In this document: piece after piece, positions 28,417-39,028 of the stretch | Layout: every line of letters starts with the position of its first letter | Numbering within the stretch: the first letter of the stretch is position 1 | Source: Fidelibacterota bacterium | Lineage (GTDB): Bacteria; Fidelibacterota; Marinisomatia; Marinisomatales; JACNKV01 | Assembly (NCBI GenBank): GCA_014381855.1 | Contig: JACNKV010000084.1 | Location: 22,341-86,340, forward strand | Direction: 5' to 3' | Length of the DNA: 64,000 nucleotides | Program-made: the position numbers and the translations under genes | Notes under the pieces: model-generated | What the model was told of the DNA's origin: nothing | Databases searched by the model: none | The model's input: only the letters and a program-made list of their open reading frames with translations

Positions 28417-29586
28417 TCATTCCTTTAATTCTTCCTGTAAAATATTCACATACAGAGGTGTTTGTATTAATGCGTTATATGAAAACAGACATACGCCCGG
28501 GAACTGTGTCATGCGTGTGTACTTAATTTTATCCAGAGCATCAATTGCGGGTTGATTATAGGTTGAAACACCCATGATAATTTTGTTACGGTACTTTTTA
28601 GGGATATTATCATATATTATCTCGATATTAGAAGCAAAATCCCGAATAGACGTAGAATAATTCATTGGGATTAGCCAGTCCATATATCCCGCTGCAATCC
28701 ACACGTCCCATTCCTGAAAATACTGATTTCGTGCTGTATATAAATCCGGTTTTACAGAAGCAGAAAATATAACATTCGGACGAGATGTTTTAATTACTTC
28801 CTTCGTTTGTTTAACAAGATCTGTAACTGATTTTCTTCTGTAATCACTCCAATTCGTCATCTTCCGTGTAAATTGTGGATCGCCTTTAGAAATATTCGCA
28901 TTTACAGATAAAAATACTTTTGGGTCTTCTCCAGATTCATTTCGATACTCATCGACGGCTTCTATGTTTTTTCCATATTCAGAATCTTTATAACGAACAT
29001 AGTCTAAATGTAGTCCATCCACTTCATAATTTTCAAGGAGTTCTCGAAAGACAGATAATAAATACGGTGTTACCTCCGGATGATGAGGTGCCAAATATAT
29101 TCCTTCATCCCCGACACCTCTATTAGAATATAACTGAGCAAGGGTTTGGTTCTCTTTCTCTTCATCTAACCAATCATAATGTAAGTTTACAACATGTTTA
29201 TTTGACGTGGGCTCTGTAGCCGAGGACCAAGTAAGATAAACATTCACCCATGCATGGACATTTATCCCAGATTGATGTGCTTTCTCCAAGGCATAGGCAA
29301 GTGGGTCATAAAATTGGAGGTCCATCATCTCCGGTTCCGGTTCAAACGCGGAATGATAGTAAGCATCCCCACGACCACGTACTTGCAGAAATACATTATT
29401 AAAGTTGTTTTTTTTCGCAAAAAGAACCATATCATCAATGGATTTTTTAGATGTCATTGCATCCCTGACCACCCATAAACAACGATATTCAAATTTACTC
29501 GCATGTATCTCCGGGACATAACCCGCAAATAAAAAACAAAGGGCAACAATGGATGTTGCCCTAAATGGGAGTAATATTTGAGACAT
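28417..29586 (-). CDS. Glycoside hydrolase-like GHL10/DUF187 family secreted protein
   Basis: EYRCLWVVRDAMTSKKSIDDMV..NNVFLQVRGRGDAYY..GINVHAWVNVYL..VDGLHLDYVRYK..WVAAGYMDWLIPMNY-type family sequence; N-terminal hydrophobic segment. Confidence 0.8.
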   Translation of the reverse strand: MSQILLPFRATSIVALCFLFAGYVPEIHASKFEYRCLWVVRDAMTSKKSIDDMVLFAKKNNFNNVFLQVRGRGDAYYHSAFEPEPEMMDLQFYDPLAYALEKAHQSGINVHAWVNVYLTWSSATEPTSNKHVVNLHYDWLDEEKENQTLAQLYSNRGVGDEGIYLAPHHPEVTPYLLSVFRELLENYEVDGLHLDYVRYKDSEYGKNIEAVDEYRNESGEDPKVFLSVNANISKGDPQFTRKMTNWSDYRRKSVTDLVKQTKEVIKTSRPNVIFSASVKPDLYTARNQYFQEWDVWIAAGYMDWLIPMNYSTSIRDFASNIEIIYDNIPKKYRNKIIMGVSTYNQPAIDALDKIKYTRMTQFPGVCLFSYNALIQTPLYVNILQEELKE

Positions 29587-29613
29587 TAAGAAATTATTTA
29601 AATCGGACCCTGA

Positions 29614-30030
29614 TTATTTTTCTTCCTCAGGTGCCGATTCTTTTTTCTCCGATTTTTTTTCTATCGCTCCAACTAAATCAATTAATTCAATCATCGAAAC
29701 ATCTGCACGATCATTATCTCTGAAACCCAATTTTGTAATGCGTGTGTATCCGCCCGGACGATTTTCATATACGGGGGCAACGTCATGAAACAAGGCATGA
29801 ACCGTCTCTTTGTGTTTTATCTTACGAAGTACCAAACGCCGAGCATGAAGATCTCCTCGTTTAGCGAGGGTTATCATGGGTTCGATGAACCGTCTGAGTT
29901 CTTTTGCACGTGCATGCGTAGTTTTAATGCGTTTATGTTTAATTAGAGACATAGCCATATTACTCATCATTGCCTTTTTATGGCTTCGTGAGGTTAAGCC
30001 AAGTCTCCGTTTTGAATTCAAATGTCTCAT
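29614..30030 (-). CDS. rplQ: 50S ribosomal protein L17
   Basis: MRHLNSKRRLGLTSRSHKKAMMSNMAMSLIKHKRIKTTHARAKELR. Confidence 0.97.
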   Translation of the reverse strand: MRHLNSKRRLGLTSRSHKKAMMSNMAMSLIKHKRIKTTHARAKELRRFIEPMITLAKRGDLHARRLVLRKIKHKETVHALFHDVAPVYENRPGGYTRITKLGFRDNDRADVSMIELIDLVGAIEKKSEKKESAPEEEK

Positions 30031-30039
30031 AAAATTATT

Positions 30040-31011
30040 TTACACTTCTTCTTTTAAGTATTGATCAACTTTCATCGCAAAGCTTAAACCCATCTCATCG
30101 AGTTTTTCAACAAGCTCGGTAAGGGATTTTCGTCCAAAGTTTTTGTACTTTAACATTTCGGCTTCATCTTTTGATACGAGTTCATGAATGTATTTTATTC
30201 CAGCAGCAACTAGACAATTATAACTACGTACTGAAAGCTCCATTTCATCAATCGTTGAATTTAACAAGTTTTGGATGGCAAGAGTTTCCTCATTGAAGTT
30301 CTCTGTTACTTCCAGCACTTCCGGATTTGCAATTGCTTCAACATACCTCAAATGTTCAACCAATACCGACGCAGAATAGCTTATGGCATCTTTCGGTGTA
30401 ATCGAACCATCTGTGGTAACATCGATATCTAATTCTTCCAGGTCTTCTTTGACGCCGGGTAAAGGATTTGAGTGATAGGTTACTTTTGTCACAGGATTGA
30501 AAATGCTGTCAATAGACACAACTCCAATCGGAGCATTTAACATTTCATTCTCCTCTGAGGGAACATATCCCTTACCAATTCCAAGCCATAACTCCATATC
30601 GATTGTTGCTTTATCGTTCAATTCTGTGATATAATGATCTGGATTTAGCACGGTAAATTGATCACTAACGTCTTGAATGTCTTTTGCAGTAAACAGTCCT
30701 TTTCCACTCAGCTTGATATGAATTTTATCGGGATTGTTTTCGAACAGTTTGAATCGGACACCTTTTAAATTCATCAGGATATCGGCAACATCTTCTTTCA
30801 CACCTTTTATGGTAGAAAATTCATGAAGAACTCCGTCCATTTTTACATTGGTGATTGCAGCACCCGGTATTTTGGTCATTAGGATTCGACGTAAAGCATT
30901 TCCTAAGGTGACTCCATATCCTCTTTCGAGTGGTTGAATATTAAACTTCCCGTACGTATCGGTCAGTGTTTTTTCATCTACTTGAATGTTTAATTCAATA
31001 TCTTTTATCAT
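30040..31011 (-). CDS. rpoA: DNA-directed RNA polymerase subunit alpha
   Basis: IQPLERGYGVTLGNALRRILMTKIPGAAIT; C-terminal domain LSVRSYNCLVAAGIKYIHELV. Confidence 0.98.
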   Translation of the reverse strand: MIKDIELNIQVDEKTLTDTYGKFNIQPLERGYGVTLGNALRRILMTKIPGAAITNVKMDGVLHEFSTIKGVKEDVADILMNLKGVRFKLFENNPDKIHIKLSGKGLFTAKDIQDVSDQFTVLNPDHYITELNDKATIDMELWLGIGKGYVPSEENEMLNAPIGVVSIDSIFNPVTKVTYHSNPLPGVKEDLEELDIDVTTDGSITPKDAISYSASVLVEHLRYVEAIANPEVLEVTENFNEETLAIQNLLNSTIDEMELSVRSYNCLVAAGIKYIHELVSKDEAEMLKYKNFGRKSLTELVEKLDEMGLSFAMKVDQYLKEEV

Positions 31012-31033
31012 AAAATATTATCCTTGTTTCCTG

Positions 31034-31651
31034 TTATTTGGAATACAGTTCCACAACCAATTGTTCATTAATTGTTTGATTCATCATATCACGTTCGGGT
31101 ACTTCGAGAAAGATGCCTTTCATTTTTGCTTTATCCAGCTCCAGCCAAGGAAGATCAATATCACCTTTAATCCGTTTCATCGCATTTAAAATGATATCCA
31201 TTTTACGGCTCTTTTCACGAACCTGAATGGTATCGCCCGGCTTCACCAAAAAAGACGGAATGTTGACTCTCTGACCATTCACCAAATAGTGTCCATGGTT
31301 TACAAACTGACGCGCAGAGGGTCTGGTTGGAGCAAAGCCAAGTTGATAAACAACGTTATCCAGTCGGCATTCCAAAAGCTGTAGGAGATTCGTCCCTGTT
31401 TCCCCTTTCATCTTTTCTGCTTTTTTAAAGTAGTTTCTAAATTGTTTCTCCAGTACGCCAAACATCATCTTAATCTTTTGCTTTTCTTGCAATTGAATAC
31501 CATAATTTGATAATCTGCGACGACGACTCTGGCCATGTTGACCCGGGGCGTATGGTTTTTGATTTAATAATTTATCATACTTGGGATTGCCAAAAATATT
31601 CTCGCCGAATTTTCTGACTAGTTTCCCCTTCGATCCAATGTGTTTTGCCAT
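31034..31651 (-). CDS. rpsD: 30S ribosomal protein S4
   Basis: YAPGQHGQSRRRRLSNYGIQLQEKQK; LECRLDNVVYQLGFAPTRPSARQFVNHGHYLVNG. Confidence 0.97.
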   Translation of the reverse strand: MAKHIGSKGKLVRKFGENIFGNPKYDKLLNQKPYAPGQHGQSRRRRLSNYGIQLQEKQKIKMMFGVLEKQFRNYFKKAEKMKGETGTNLLQLLECRLDNVVYQLGFAPTRPSARQFVNHGHYLVNGQRVNIPSFLVKPGDTIQVREKSRKMDIILNAMKRIKGDIDLPWLELDKAKMKGIFLEVPERDMMNQTINEQLVVELYSK

Positions 31652-31672
31652 TCAGCCAGCTCCTAAATCTTA

Positions 31673-32065
31673 TTATACACGTCTTCTTTTTGGTGGGCGA
31701 CATCCGTTGTGCGGAAGAGGCGTTACATCCATGATAGACGTAACTAGTAAACCTGCCACACCTAATGCACGAATGGATGATTCACGACCGGGACCGGGGC
31801 CTTTTACCCGAACATCCACCGTCGTTAACCCCAATCCTATCGCTTCTTTTGCCGCATTTTCTGCTGCAATCGTTGCTGCATAGGCCGTACTTTTTCGCGA
31901 ACCCTTAAATCCCGATGTCCCTGCGGTAGCCCACGCAATTACATTTCCGAACTTATCAGTAAATGTAATATGTGTGTTGTTAAATGTTGCTTTTATATGC
32001 GCCACGCCAACAGGTTCAACAAACCTTTTCTTTTTCTTTTTGCGCTTATCTTTTTTTATAGCCAC
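31673..32065 (-). CDS. rpsK: 30S ribosomal protein S11
   Basis: [46 protein letters not shown]. Confidence 0.97.
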   Translation of the reverse strand: MAIKKDKRKKKKKRFVEPVGVAHIKATFNNTHITFTDKFGNVIAWATAGTSGFKGSRKSTAYAATIAAENAAKEAIGLGLTTVDVRVKGPGPGRESSIRALGVAGLLVTSIMDVTPLPHNGCRPPKRRRV

Positions 32066-32068
32066 TGA

Positions 32069-32458
32069 TTACCCTTTCTTTCCGACGATTGCTTTCCCCA
32101 TACCGACAGTGCGTTTTCTACCCTTACGTGTACGAGCATTTGTCTTCGTTCGCTGTCCACGTACGGGCATTCCTCGACGATGACGTAATCCACGATAACT
32201 TCCGATATCTTTTAACCGCTTAATGTTCATCGCTTTTTCAGATCTAATTTCTCCTTCAACCAGGATGCCTAAATCTGTTAACGCTTTACGAAGAGCTATC
32301 TCTTGGTCTTCCGTTAAATCTTTCACTCTGACGTCGTAGGAAACCCCGGCTTTATCACAAATCTTTTTTGCCAGCGTCAATCCTATCCCATGGATGTATC
32401 TCAGAGAATAGGCTACATGTTTTTCTTTTGGAATGTCTATACCCGCTATACGCGCCAC
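32069..32458 (-). CDS. rpsM: 30S ribosomal protein S13
   Basis: [52 protein letters not shown]. Confidence 0.97.
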   Translation of the reverse strand: MARIAGIDIPKEKHVAYSLRYIHGIGLTLAKKICDKAGVSYDVRVKDLTEDQEIALRKALTDLGILVEGEIRSEKAMNIKRLKDIGSYRGLRHRRGMPVRGQRTKTNARTRKGRKRTVGMGKAIVGKKG

Positions 32459-32467
32459 TATTTACTC

Positions 32468-32581
32468 CTACCCTTGTCTTTGTTTATGTTTTGGATTTTC
32501 ACAAATCACCCTCACAACACCTTTTCGTCGGATGATTTTACATTTACTGCATATTTTTTTTACTGATGGACGAACTTTCAT
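32468..32581 (-). CDS. rpmJ: 50S ribosomal protein L36 (zinc-binding form)
   Basis: Not in ORF track; reverse translation [37 protein letters not shown]. Confidence 0.97.
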   Translation of the reverse strand: MKVRPSVKKICSKCKIIRRKGVVRVICENPKHKQRQG

Positions 32582-32588
32582 TTTTCTC

Positions 32589-32816
32589 CTACTTTTGTCG
32601 ATAGACTATGCGACCGCGACTTAAATCATAGGGGGTTACTTCTAACGTTACAATATCCCCCGGTAAAATCTTGATGAAATGCATTCTCATTTTTCCACTG
32701 ACATGTGCTAATACTATATGTTTTGATTCGCCGATTTCAACTTCTACGCGAAACATCGCGTTCGGTAGCGTCTCTTTAATAACACCATCAATCGTAATTG
32801 GTTGTTCTTTAGCCAT
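32589..32816 (-). CDS. infA: Translation initiation factor IF-1
   Basis: [65 protein letters not shown]. Confidence 0.97.
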   Translation of the reverse strand: MAKEQPITIDGVIKETLPNAMFRVEVEIGESKHIVLAHVSGKMRMHFIKILPGDIVTLEVTPYDLSRGRIVYRQK

Positions 32817-33567
32817 GACTATTTCCTTGACTCAGTATTTGGGCTCCTTCATTAAGAATGGCAATCGTATGTTCAAAATGAGCACTGGACATACCATCTT
32901 TTGTACGAACCGTCCAGCCGTCTTTATCGGTTACAATCTCTTTCGCCCCCATATTAATCATGGGTTCAATGGCAATACACATACCCGGTTTTAATTGATG
33001 CCCTTGTTTTGGTTCACCATAGTTGGGAACCTGTGGATCTTCGTGCAGATCTGTGCCAATACCGTGACCTACAAGTTCTCGAACAACAGAATACCCATAT
33101 CCTTCTACATACGTTTGAATTACGTGACCGATATCTGAAACATAATTTCCAACTTTTGCTGCCTGAATTCCAAGCATGAGTGCTTCATGTGTTACATCCA
33201 TTAACTGACGCTTATCGCCAGTGATCTCCCCGATGGCGAATGTTTTTGCGTGGTCACCATAATAGCCGTTCTTTTCCGCACCACAATCGATACTGACGAT
33301 TTGACCTTCTTCTAATTTTCGTGTTGTAGGTATCCCATGGACGACTTCGTCATCGATTGAAATACACAACGTAGAAGGAAATCCCAAATATCCTTTAAAG
33401 GCAGGTCGAGCTCCCATAGATATAATAAAATCCTCAGCGCGACGATCCAACTCTTTAAGTGAAATACCGGGTTTCATATACTTGGAAAGCATATTCAGTG
33501 TGTCTGCAACAATTTGACTGCTTTGAGCAATCAAACCAATTTCTCGTTTTGAACGAATCATAACCAT
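32809..33567 (-). CDS. map: Methionine aminopeptidase type I
   Basis: [35 protein letters not shown]; [19 protein letters not shown]. Confidence 0.96.
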   Translation of the reverse strand: MVMIRSKREIGLIAQSSQIVADTLNMLSKYMKPGISLKELDRRAEDFIISMGARPAFKGYLGFPSTLCISIDDEVVHGIPTTRKLEEGQIVSIDCGAEKNGYYGDHAKTFAIGEITGDKRQLMDVTHEALMLGIQAAKVGNYVSDIGHVIQTYVEGYGYSVVRELVGHGIGTDLHEDPQVPNYGEPKQGHQLKPGMCIAIEPMINMGAKEIVTDKDGWTVRTKDGMSSAHFEHTIAILNEGAQILSQGNSHG

Positions 33568-34904
33568 TACATTCGTTTCCGTCCGCGAATTTTTCCTTTA
33601 GTCAAAAAACCATCATAATGGCGCATCATTAGATGCGATTCCATTTGCTGTAGCGTGTCAAGTGCAACCCCCACAATAATCAACAAACTTGTACCTCCAA
33701 AGAAAGAGGCTAAGTCGTATCCTATATCCATAGCATTCATTAAGATGTACGGGAAAATAGCAACAAACGCTAGAGAAAAAGAGCCGGGAAGTGTAACCCG
33801 AGTTAAAATGTTGTCAATAAATTCTGCGGTTTTCTTTCCGGGGCGTACACCCGGGATAAACCCACCTTGTTGTTTCATCGTGGTAGAAACTTGAACGGGG
33901 TCAAAGGCAATGGCGGTATAAAAATATGTGAAAAATACAATCATAGACCCAAATACGATCCAATAAAAAGGATGGTCAAAAGAAAACCAACGCATCACAG
34001 ATTGCATAAAATCACTATTACTAAAAAACGTGGCAATCGTACTGGGAATAAACATAATAGACTGTGCAAAAATAATGGGCATCACACCGGCGGTATTCAC
34101 TTTTAATGGTATATGTGTTGATTGACCACCATATACCTTTCTACCTACTACCCTTTTGGCATATTGGACAGGTATTTTCCTTGTCCCCTGTGTCAAAAGC
34201 ACCACAAATCCGACAATCACAAACATTAACGCAATCAAAATGACTTCAGCCAGTATACCACGAATCCCTTCTTGGATGTAATTAATTTCACTCAGAACCA
34301 CATTCGGGAATCGTGATACAATCCCAATCATGATAATAAGGGAGATACCATTCCCTAAGCCACGTTCAGTGATTCGTTCGCCCAGCCACATCATCAGGAT
34401 GACACCGGTGACTAAACTGACTATGGCAGTAAACTTAAACATAAGCCCGGGATGAGGGATGACATGTGCAATTCCGCCACCAATATTTGCTGTCATACTT
34501 TCTAAAAATATCGTGACCCCATATGCCTGCATCGTTCCAATCAGCACCGTACCATATCGAGTAATCTGTGTAATTTTCTTTCTTCCTGCTTCCCCTTCTT
34601 TCTGTAATCGTTGAAAGTAAGGAACGACTGCACCCATCAGCTGAATAATAATCGAAGCAGAGATATAGGGCATAATTCCTAACGCAAACAGAGTTGCTTT
34701 CTTAAACGCTCCTCCGGCAAATAGATCATAAAGTCCGAACAGTGTGTTCTGAAAGTTTTGAATTGCTGCACCCAGTGCTTCACCATCGACTCCGGGTATG
34801 GGGATATGAGCACCAATCCGAACGATGATTAATATTCCAAGGGTGAATAATATCCGATTTCTGAGTTCCGGAATGCTAAAAATATTTCGTATTTTTTCAA
34901 TCAC
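33567..34904 (-). CDS. secY: Preprotein translocase subunit SecY
   Basis: GIMPYISASIIIQLMGAVVPY; QGTRKIPVQYAKRVVGRKVYGGQSTHIPLKVNTAGVMPIIFAQS. Confidence 0.98.
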   Translation of the reverse strand: MIEKIRNIFSIPELRNRILFTLGILIIVRIGAHIPIPGVDGEALGAAIQNFQNTLFGLYDLFAGGAFKKATLFALGIMPYISASIIIQLMGAVVPYFQRLQKEGEAGRKKITQITRYGTVLIGTMQAYGVTIFLESMTANIGGGIAHVIPHPGLMFKFTAIVSLVTGVILMMWLGERITERGLGNGISLIIMIGIVSRFPNVVLSEINYIQEGIRGILAEVILIALMFVIVGFVVLLTQGTRKIPVQYAKRVVGRKVYGGQSTHIPLKVNTAGVMPIIFAQSIMFIPSTIATFFSNSDFMQSVMRWFSFDHPFYWIVFGSMIVFFTYFYTAIAFDPVQVSTTMKQQGGFIPGVRPGKKTAEFIDNILTRVTLPGSFSLAFVAIFPYILMNAMDIGYDLASFFGGTSLLIIVGVALDTLQQMESHLMMRHYDGFLTKGKIRGRKRM

Positions 34905-35341
34905 AGGGTTGTTGCAGAGCCTCCTGCCTTTTCTATTTTTTCTTTTGCGGTTTGACTAAAAGCTGATGCGGATACGTTTAAAGATTTCGTCAGTTCTCCA
35001 TTCCCCAATATTTTAATCGGTTTGAATGCAGAACGTACCAATCCTTTTTCTTTCAGAATTTCCGAAGTAATTGTCTCAACGTCAAGTTCTTCTAAATCAT
35101 TTAGATTTACAATCTGATATTCTTTTCTGAATAAATAGTTTGAAAAACCACGTTTCGGAACACGTCTCATCAATGGCATTTGTCCACCTTCAAACCATGG
35201 GCGATGTTTATGACCGCTTCGTTGCCCTGCACCTTTATGACCTCGCCCTGCGGTATGCCCAAGGCCCGAACCCGTACCACGACCTTTTCTCTTCGTATTC
35301 TTTTTGGAACCTTTTGGGGGTTGTAATTCACCTAATTTCAT
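34901..35341 (-). CDS. rplO: 50S ribosomal protein L15
   Basis: GRGTGSGLGHTAGRGHKGAGQRSG; GGQMPLMRRVPKRGF. Confidence 0.97.
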   Translation of the reverse strand: MKLGELQPPKGSKKNTKRKGRGTGSGLGHTAGRGHKGAGQRSGHKHRPWFEGGQMPLMRRVPKRGFSNYLFRKEYQIVNLNDLEELDVETITSEILKEKGLVRSAFKPIKILGNGELTKSLNVSASAFSQTAKEKIEKAGGSATTL

Positions 35342-35532
35342 CCCACTTCCTCCACGCTCAACATATATTCTATTTTTTTTATCATACCACGAATCGCCGG
35401 ATTATCTTTTTGTACAACCGATTGATGCATTTTTCTTAATCCCAGAGCATCTAGTGTCGCATGTGCCTTCGGTTTATAACCGATTCGACTCCGGATTTGT
35501 GTAATTTTTAATGTTTTCTGTTTTTTACCCAT
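35338..35532 (-). CDS. rpmD: 50S ribosomal protein L30
   Basis: LKITQIRSRIGYKPKAHATLDALGLRKMHQSVVQKDNPAIRGMIKKIEYML. Confidence 0.95.
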   Translation of the reverse strand: MGKKQKTLKITQIRSRIGYKPKAHATLDALGLRKMHQSVVQKDNPAIRGMIKKIEYMLSVEEVG

Positions 35533-35534
35533 GA

Positions 35535-36038
35535 TTAATTAAATATTTGTTTGATGGTTACACCTTTTTTGTTGGCTATAGACACCGCATCTTGTAGGCT
35601 GGTTAATGCTTGCAGTGTGGCTCTGACAACATTTAATGGATTATTTGAACCAATTATTTTTGTAAGGATATTTGAAATACCTGACATTTCCATCACGGCA
35701 CGAACGGCAGCCCCTGCAATGATACCTGTACCGGGAGCAGCAGGTTTAAGCATCACATTACTGGCACCAAATTTCCCAATTATTTTATGAGGGATTGTAC
35801 CATTGATGACAGATACACGAAAAATATTTTGCTTCCCATTCTCTTTTGCCTTTGAGATGGCGGCAACAACTTCATTCGCTTTACCCAAGCCCATACCAAC
35901 ATGACCTTTCCCGTCTCCTACAACGACTAATGCAGAAAAACGAAATCGTTTTCCCCTTGAAGTCACTTTAGCAATACGATTAATTCGTACAACAATTTCT
36001 TCTTTCAGATCCAGTTCAGCCGGATTTATACTCGCCAA
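35535..36038 (-). CDS. rpsE: 30S ribosomal protein S5
   Basis: EEIVVRINRIAKVTSRGKRFRFSALVVVGDGKGHVGMGLGKANEV. Confidence 0.97.
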   Translation of the reverse strand: MASINPAELDLKEEIVVRINRIAKVTSRGKRFRFSALVVVGDGKGHVGMGLGKANEVVAAISKAKENGKQNIFRVSVINGTIPHKIIGKFGASNVMLKPAAPGTGIIAGAAVRAVMEMSGISNILTKIIGSNNPLNVVRATLQALTSLQDAVSIANKKGVTIKQIFN

Positions 36039-36054
36039 TTCGTTACTCCCTTTT

Positions 36055-36426
36055 TTAAATTTTCAATCCACCTTCACGTGCTGCATCAGCTAAGGCTTTG
36101 ATACGGCCACTGTATGGATTTCCGTTTCGGTCAAAAACGACCTGTTTAATATCTAGTTTTAAAGCACGTTCTGCTATCGCACTTCCAACATGTTTACTTG
36201 CTTCAGTTTTTGTGCTGTTTTTCTTTAACTTACCGGAAATTTCATTTTCATACGTAGAAGCAGAGACCAGCGTAATACTTTTGCGGTCATCGATAATCTG
36301 AGCCTCGATGTGTTTATTACTTCGAAAAATGCAAAGCCTCGACAGCGTAGGATGGTTAAATGCAGTTTTCTTACTCCGATTCCGACGTCGTTTAAACCGA
36401 CTAATATCTTGGTTCAATTTACTCAT
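36055..36426 (-). CDS. rplR: 50S ribosomal protein L18
   Basis: RPTLSRLCIFRSNKHIEAQIIDDRKSITLVSAST..VVFDRNGNPYSGRIKALADAAREGGL. Confidence 0.95.
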   Translation of the reverse strand: MSKLNQDISRFKRRRNRSKKTAFNHPTLSRLCIFRSNKHIEAQIIDDRKSITLVSASTYENEISGKLKKNSTKTEASKHVGSAIAERALKLDIKQVVFDRNGNPYSGRIKALADAAREGGLKI

Positions 36427-36431
36427 AATGT

Positions 36432-36968
36432 TTATCCACCAACAGTTTTTCCTTGTTTCTGACGAACATATTCACCTTTATAACGAACCCCTTTTCCCTT
36501 ATAGGGCTCAGGCTTGCGAAAGGATCGTATCTTTGCAGCAACTTCTCCGACGAGTTGTTTATCTATACCCTCTACAGTGATTTCTGTTCGCTTTGCACTG
36601 ATGGTAATCCCTTTCGGTGGTTCAAAAATAATATCATGTGAATATCCCAATGCTAACTTCAACCGAATTCCGTCCATCTGTGCTTGATATCCAACTCCAA
36701 CCAATGTCAGCTCTTTTTTATATCCCTGGGAGACACCGATAACGGCATTCGACATAAGTTGACGTAGGGTACCATGGTTTGCACGAAACTTCCTTTCGTC
36801 CGAAGATCGCTCTACCAGCAAGGTGCCTTCAGTATCTTTGACTGTTATTCCCGAAATCACAGGGACAGATAATTCACCTTTAGGACCTTTGACAGAGGCA
36901 ACCTCATTTTGAAACATCACGGTGACACCGTCAGGTATTTGGATTGGTTTTTTACCGATTCTTGACAT
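36432..36968 (-). CDS. rplF: 50S ribosomal protein L6
   Basis: MSRIGKKPIQIPDGVTV; PEPYKGKGVRYKGEYVRQKQGK. Confidence 0.97.
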   Translation of the reverse strand: MSRIGKKPIQIPDGVTVMFQNEVASVKGPKGELSVPVISGITVKDTEGTLLVERSSDERKFRANHGTLRQLMSNAVIGVSQGYKKELTLVGVGYQAQMDGIRLKLALGYSHDIIFEPPKGITISAKRTEITVEGIDKQLVGEVAAKIRSFRKPEPYKGKGVRYKGEYVRQKQGKTVGG

Positions 36969-36974
36969 AATTCT

Positions 36975-37373
36975 TTACCACACGTTGCAAATTAATTCAC
37001 CACCAACGTTCATTTTTTTGGCGGTTTTGTTTGAAATAACTCCTTTAGGTGTAGACAGAATGGAAATACCCAATCCGTCCAGCACTCTAGGAATGCTCTT
37101 TGAATCTACGTAAACACGACACCCCGGTTTACTGACTCTTTCTATTGTTGTAATCACAGGTTTATTGTGATAATCATATTTAAGAAAGACACGAATCGTT
37201 TCTTTATTTCCATCGGCGATAAAAATAAAATCTTTGATATAGTGATCTTCTTTTAACACGTAAACTATTCGCTTTTTCATATTGGATGCTGGAATATCTA
37301 CCCACCGTTTTCCAACAGCAAGACCATTTCGTATTCGCGTTAACAAATCAGCGATTGGATCAGTCATTGACAT
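36975..37373 (-). CDS. rpsH: 30S ribosomal protein S8
   Basis: MSMTDPIADLLTRIRNGLAV; GLGISILSTPKGVISNKTAKKMNVGGELICNVW. Confidence 0.97.
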   Translation of the reverse strand: MSMTDPIADLLTRIRNGLAVGKRWVDIPASNMKKRIVYVLKEDHYIKDFIFIADGNKETIRVFLKYDYHNKPVITTIERVSKPGCRVYVDSKSIPRVLDGLGISILSTPKGVISNKTAKKMNVGGELICNVW

Positions 37374-37388
37374 AATTTATAATTCTCC

Positions 37389-37574
37389 TTACCAACTTGC
37401 TTTTGTTACACCGGGGATTTCGCCCTTCAGGGCCATTTCCCGAAAACATATTCTACAGAGCCCAAACCGTCTCATATACGCATGAGGTCGCCCGCAATTT
37501 GAACATCGATGGTAACCTCTTGTTGAAAATTTAGGCTTCCTTTTTGCCTTAACAATCAAGGATCGTTTTGCCAT
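37389..37574 (-). CDS. rpsZ: 30S ribosomal protein S14, short zinc-binding type
   Basis: 61 aa with CSNC..CRIC; [34 protein letters not shown]. Confidence 0.96.
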   Translation of the reverse strand: MAKRSLIVKAKRKPKFSTRGYHRCSNCGRPHAYMRRFGLCRICFREMALKGEIPGVTKASW

Positions 37575-38341
37575 CAGTTAACCTCCGCTCCTTTAGTCTT
37601 TTTAGGTTTTTCTCTTAACGGAAACCCAAACTCTTTGAGTAACCAATAACCCTCATCATTACTTTTTGCTGTTGTGGTGATTGCAATATCTAATCCGCGA
37701 ATTGCATCAATTTTATCGTAATTAATTTCTGTGAACACAATTTGTTCTTTCACGCCAAAATTGTAATTCCCGCGACCGTCAAAGGATTTAAACGAAAGAC
37801 CTGTAAAGTCCCTAGTACGAGGTAATGCAATTGAAATTAATCTCTGAAAAAATTCGTACATTTTATTCGCTCTCAACGTCACCCGTACTCCCACCGGATA
37901 TCCACGTCGTATCTTAAAATTAGACACGTCCTTTTTTGCATAGGTGATCACACTCTTTTGTCCGGAAATCAACGTCAGTTCATTTTGCGCACTATCTAAA
38001 GCTTTTTGATTTTCCTTTCCGTCACCGACACCCATATTCAATGTGATTTTTGTAAATTTCGGAACTTCCATCGGACTTTCATATTTAAATCGCTCCATTA
38101 ATTTTTTCGTGATATTTTCTTGATAATATTTTTTTATTTCAGGGATATACTCTGTTTTACGAGTTGAATTTTTCGTCGTTTTTTTAACACTCGTTTTTGC
38201 AACTGGTTTTGCTGCAGATTTTTCCGTTGATTTTTTCACCGTCTTCGTTTGTGCTTTCTTTTTAGGTGACGCTTTACCAGCTGTTTTTTTCACAGTCGGT
38301 GCAGGTGTCTTTTTCTTTTCTATTTTCTTTTTTTCAGTCAT
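37574..38341 (-). CDS. rplE: 50S ribosomal protein L5 with lysine-rich N-terminal extension of about 65 aa
   Basis: L5 core [64 protein letters not shown] preceded by [31 protein letters not shown].. Confidence 0.95.
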   Translation of the reverse strand: MTEKKKIEKKKTPAPTVKKTAGKASPKKKAQTKTVKKSTEKSAAKPVAKTSVKKTTKNSTRKTEYIPEIKKYYQENITKKLMERFKYESPMEVPKFTKITLNMGVGDGKENQKALDSAQNELTLISGQKSVITYAKKDVSNFKIRRGYPVGVRVTLRANKMYEFFQRLISIALPRTRDFTGLSFKSFDGRGNYNFGVKEQIVFTEINYDKIDAIRGLDIAITTTAKSNDEGYWLLKEFGFPLREKPKKTKGAEVN

Positions 38342-38652
38342 GACGATACAACAATTTCTTCACCGGTTTTTTTTGAAATACGTACTTTGGAACCATCCTC
38401 AAGAATTTTATACCCCACACGCGTTGGTTTTCCACCATGCATGATTACGATATTGGAGATATGAATAGATGCTTCTTTCTCAGCGAAACCACCAGATGGA
38501 TTATCTTGCGTCGGGCGGATTGCTCTTTTTATAAAATTAACTCCTTCGATGATAACGCGATTCGTTTTAGGAGTTACACGAAGAACTTTTCCCTCTTTGC
38601 CTTTGTGATTTCCACTGTTTACACGGACAGTCATCCCTTTTTTGATTCGCAT
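38338..38652 (-). CDS. rplX: 50S ribosomal protein L24
   Basis: [68 protein letters not shown]. Confidence 0.97.
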   Translation of the reverse strand: MRIKKGMTVRVNSGNHKGKEGKVLRVTPKTNRVIIEGVNFIKRAIRPTQDNPSGGFAEKEASIHISNIVIMHGGKPTRVGYKILEDGSKVRISKKTGEEIVVSS

Positions 38653-38653
38653 A

Positions 38654-39022
38654 CTACAATACCTCCGGAGCCATCGAAATAATTTTCATATAACCGCTTT
38701 CACGAAGTTCACGGGCAACAGGTCCAAATATTCTGGTTCCGCGAGGATCCCCGCCTTCGGTAAGCAATACAGCCGCATTATCGTCAAACCGAATATAGGT
38801 TCCATCTTGACGACGTACTTCTTTCCTTGTACGCACGATAACTGCACGAGTTACTTGCCCTTTTTTAACCATTCCGCCGGGTATGGCTTTTTTCACAGTC
38901 ACCACAACAACATCTCCAAGAGATGCATATCTGCGGCGACTCCCACCCAGCACTTTGAAACACAGGACTTCTTTTGCTCCTGTATTATCAGCTACTTTTA
39001 ATCTTGTTTCTTGTTGAATCAC
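38654..39022 (-). CDS. rplN: 50S ribosomal protein L14
   Basis: [48 protein letters not shown]. Confidence 0.98.
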   Translation of the reverse strand: MIQQETRLKVADNTGAKEVLCFKVLGGSRRRYASLGDVVVVTVKKAIPGGMVKKGQVTRAVIVRTRKEVRRQDGTYIRFDDNAAVLLTEGGDPRGTRIFGPVARELRESGYMKIISMAPEVL

Positions 39023-39028
39023 GACATT

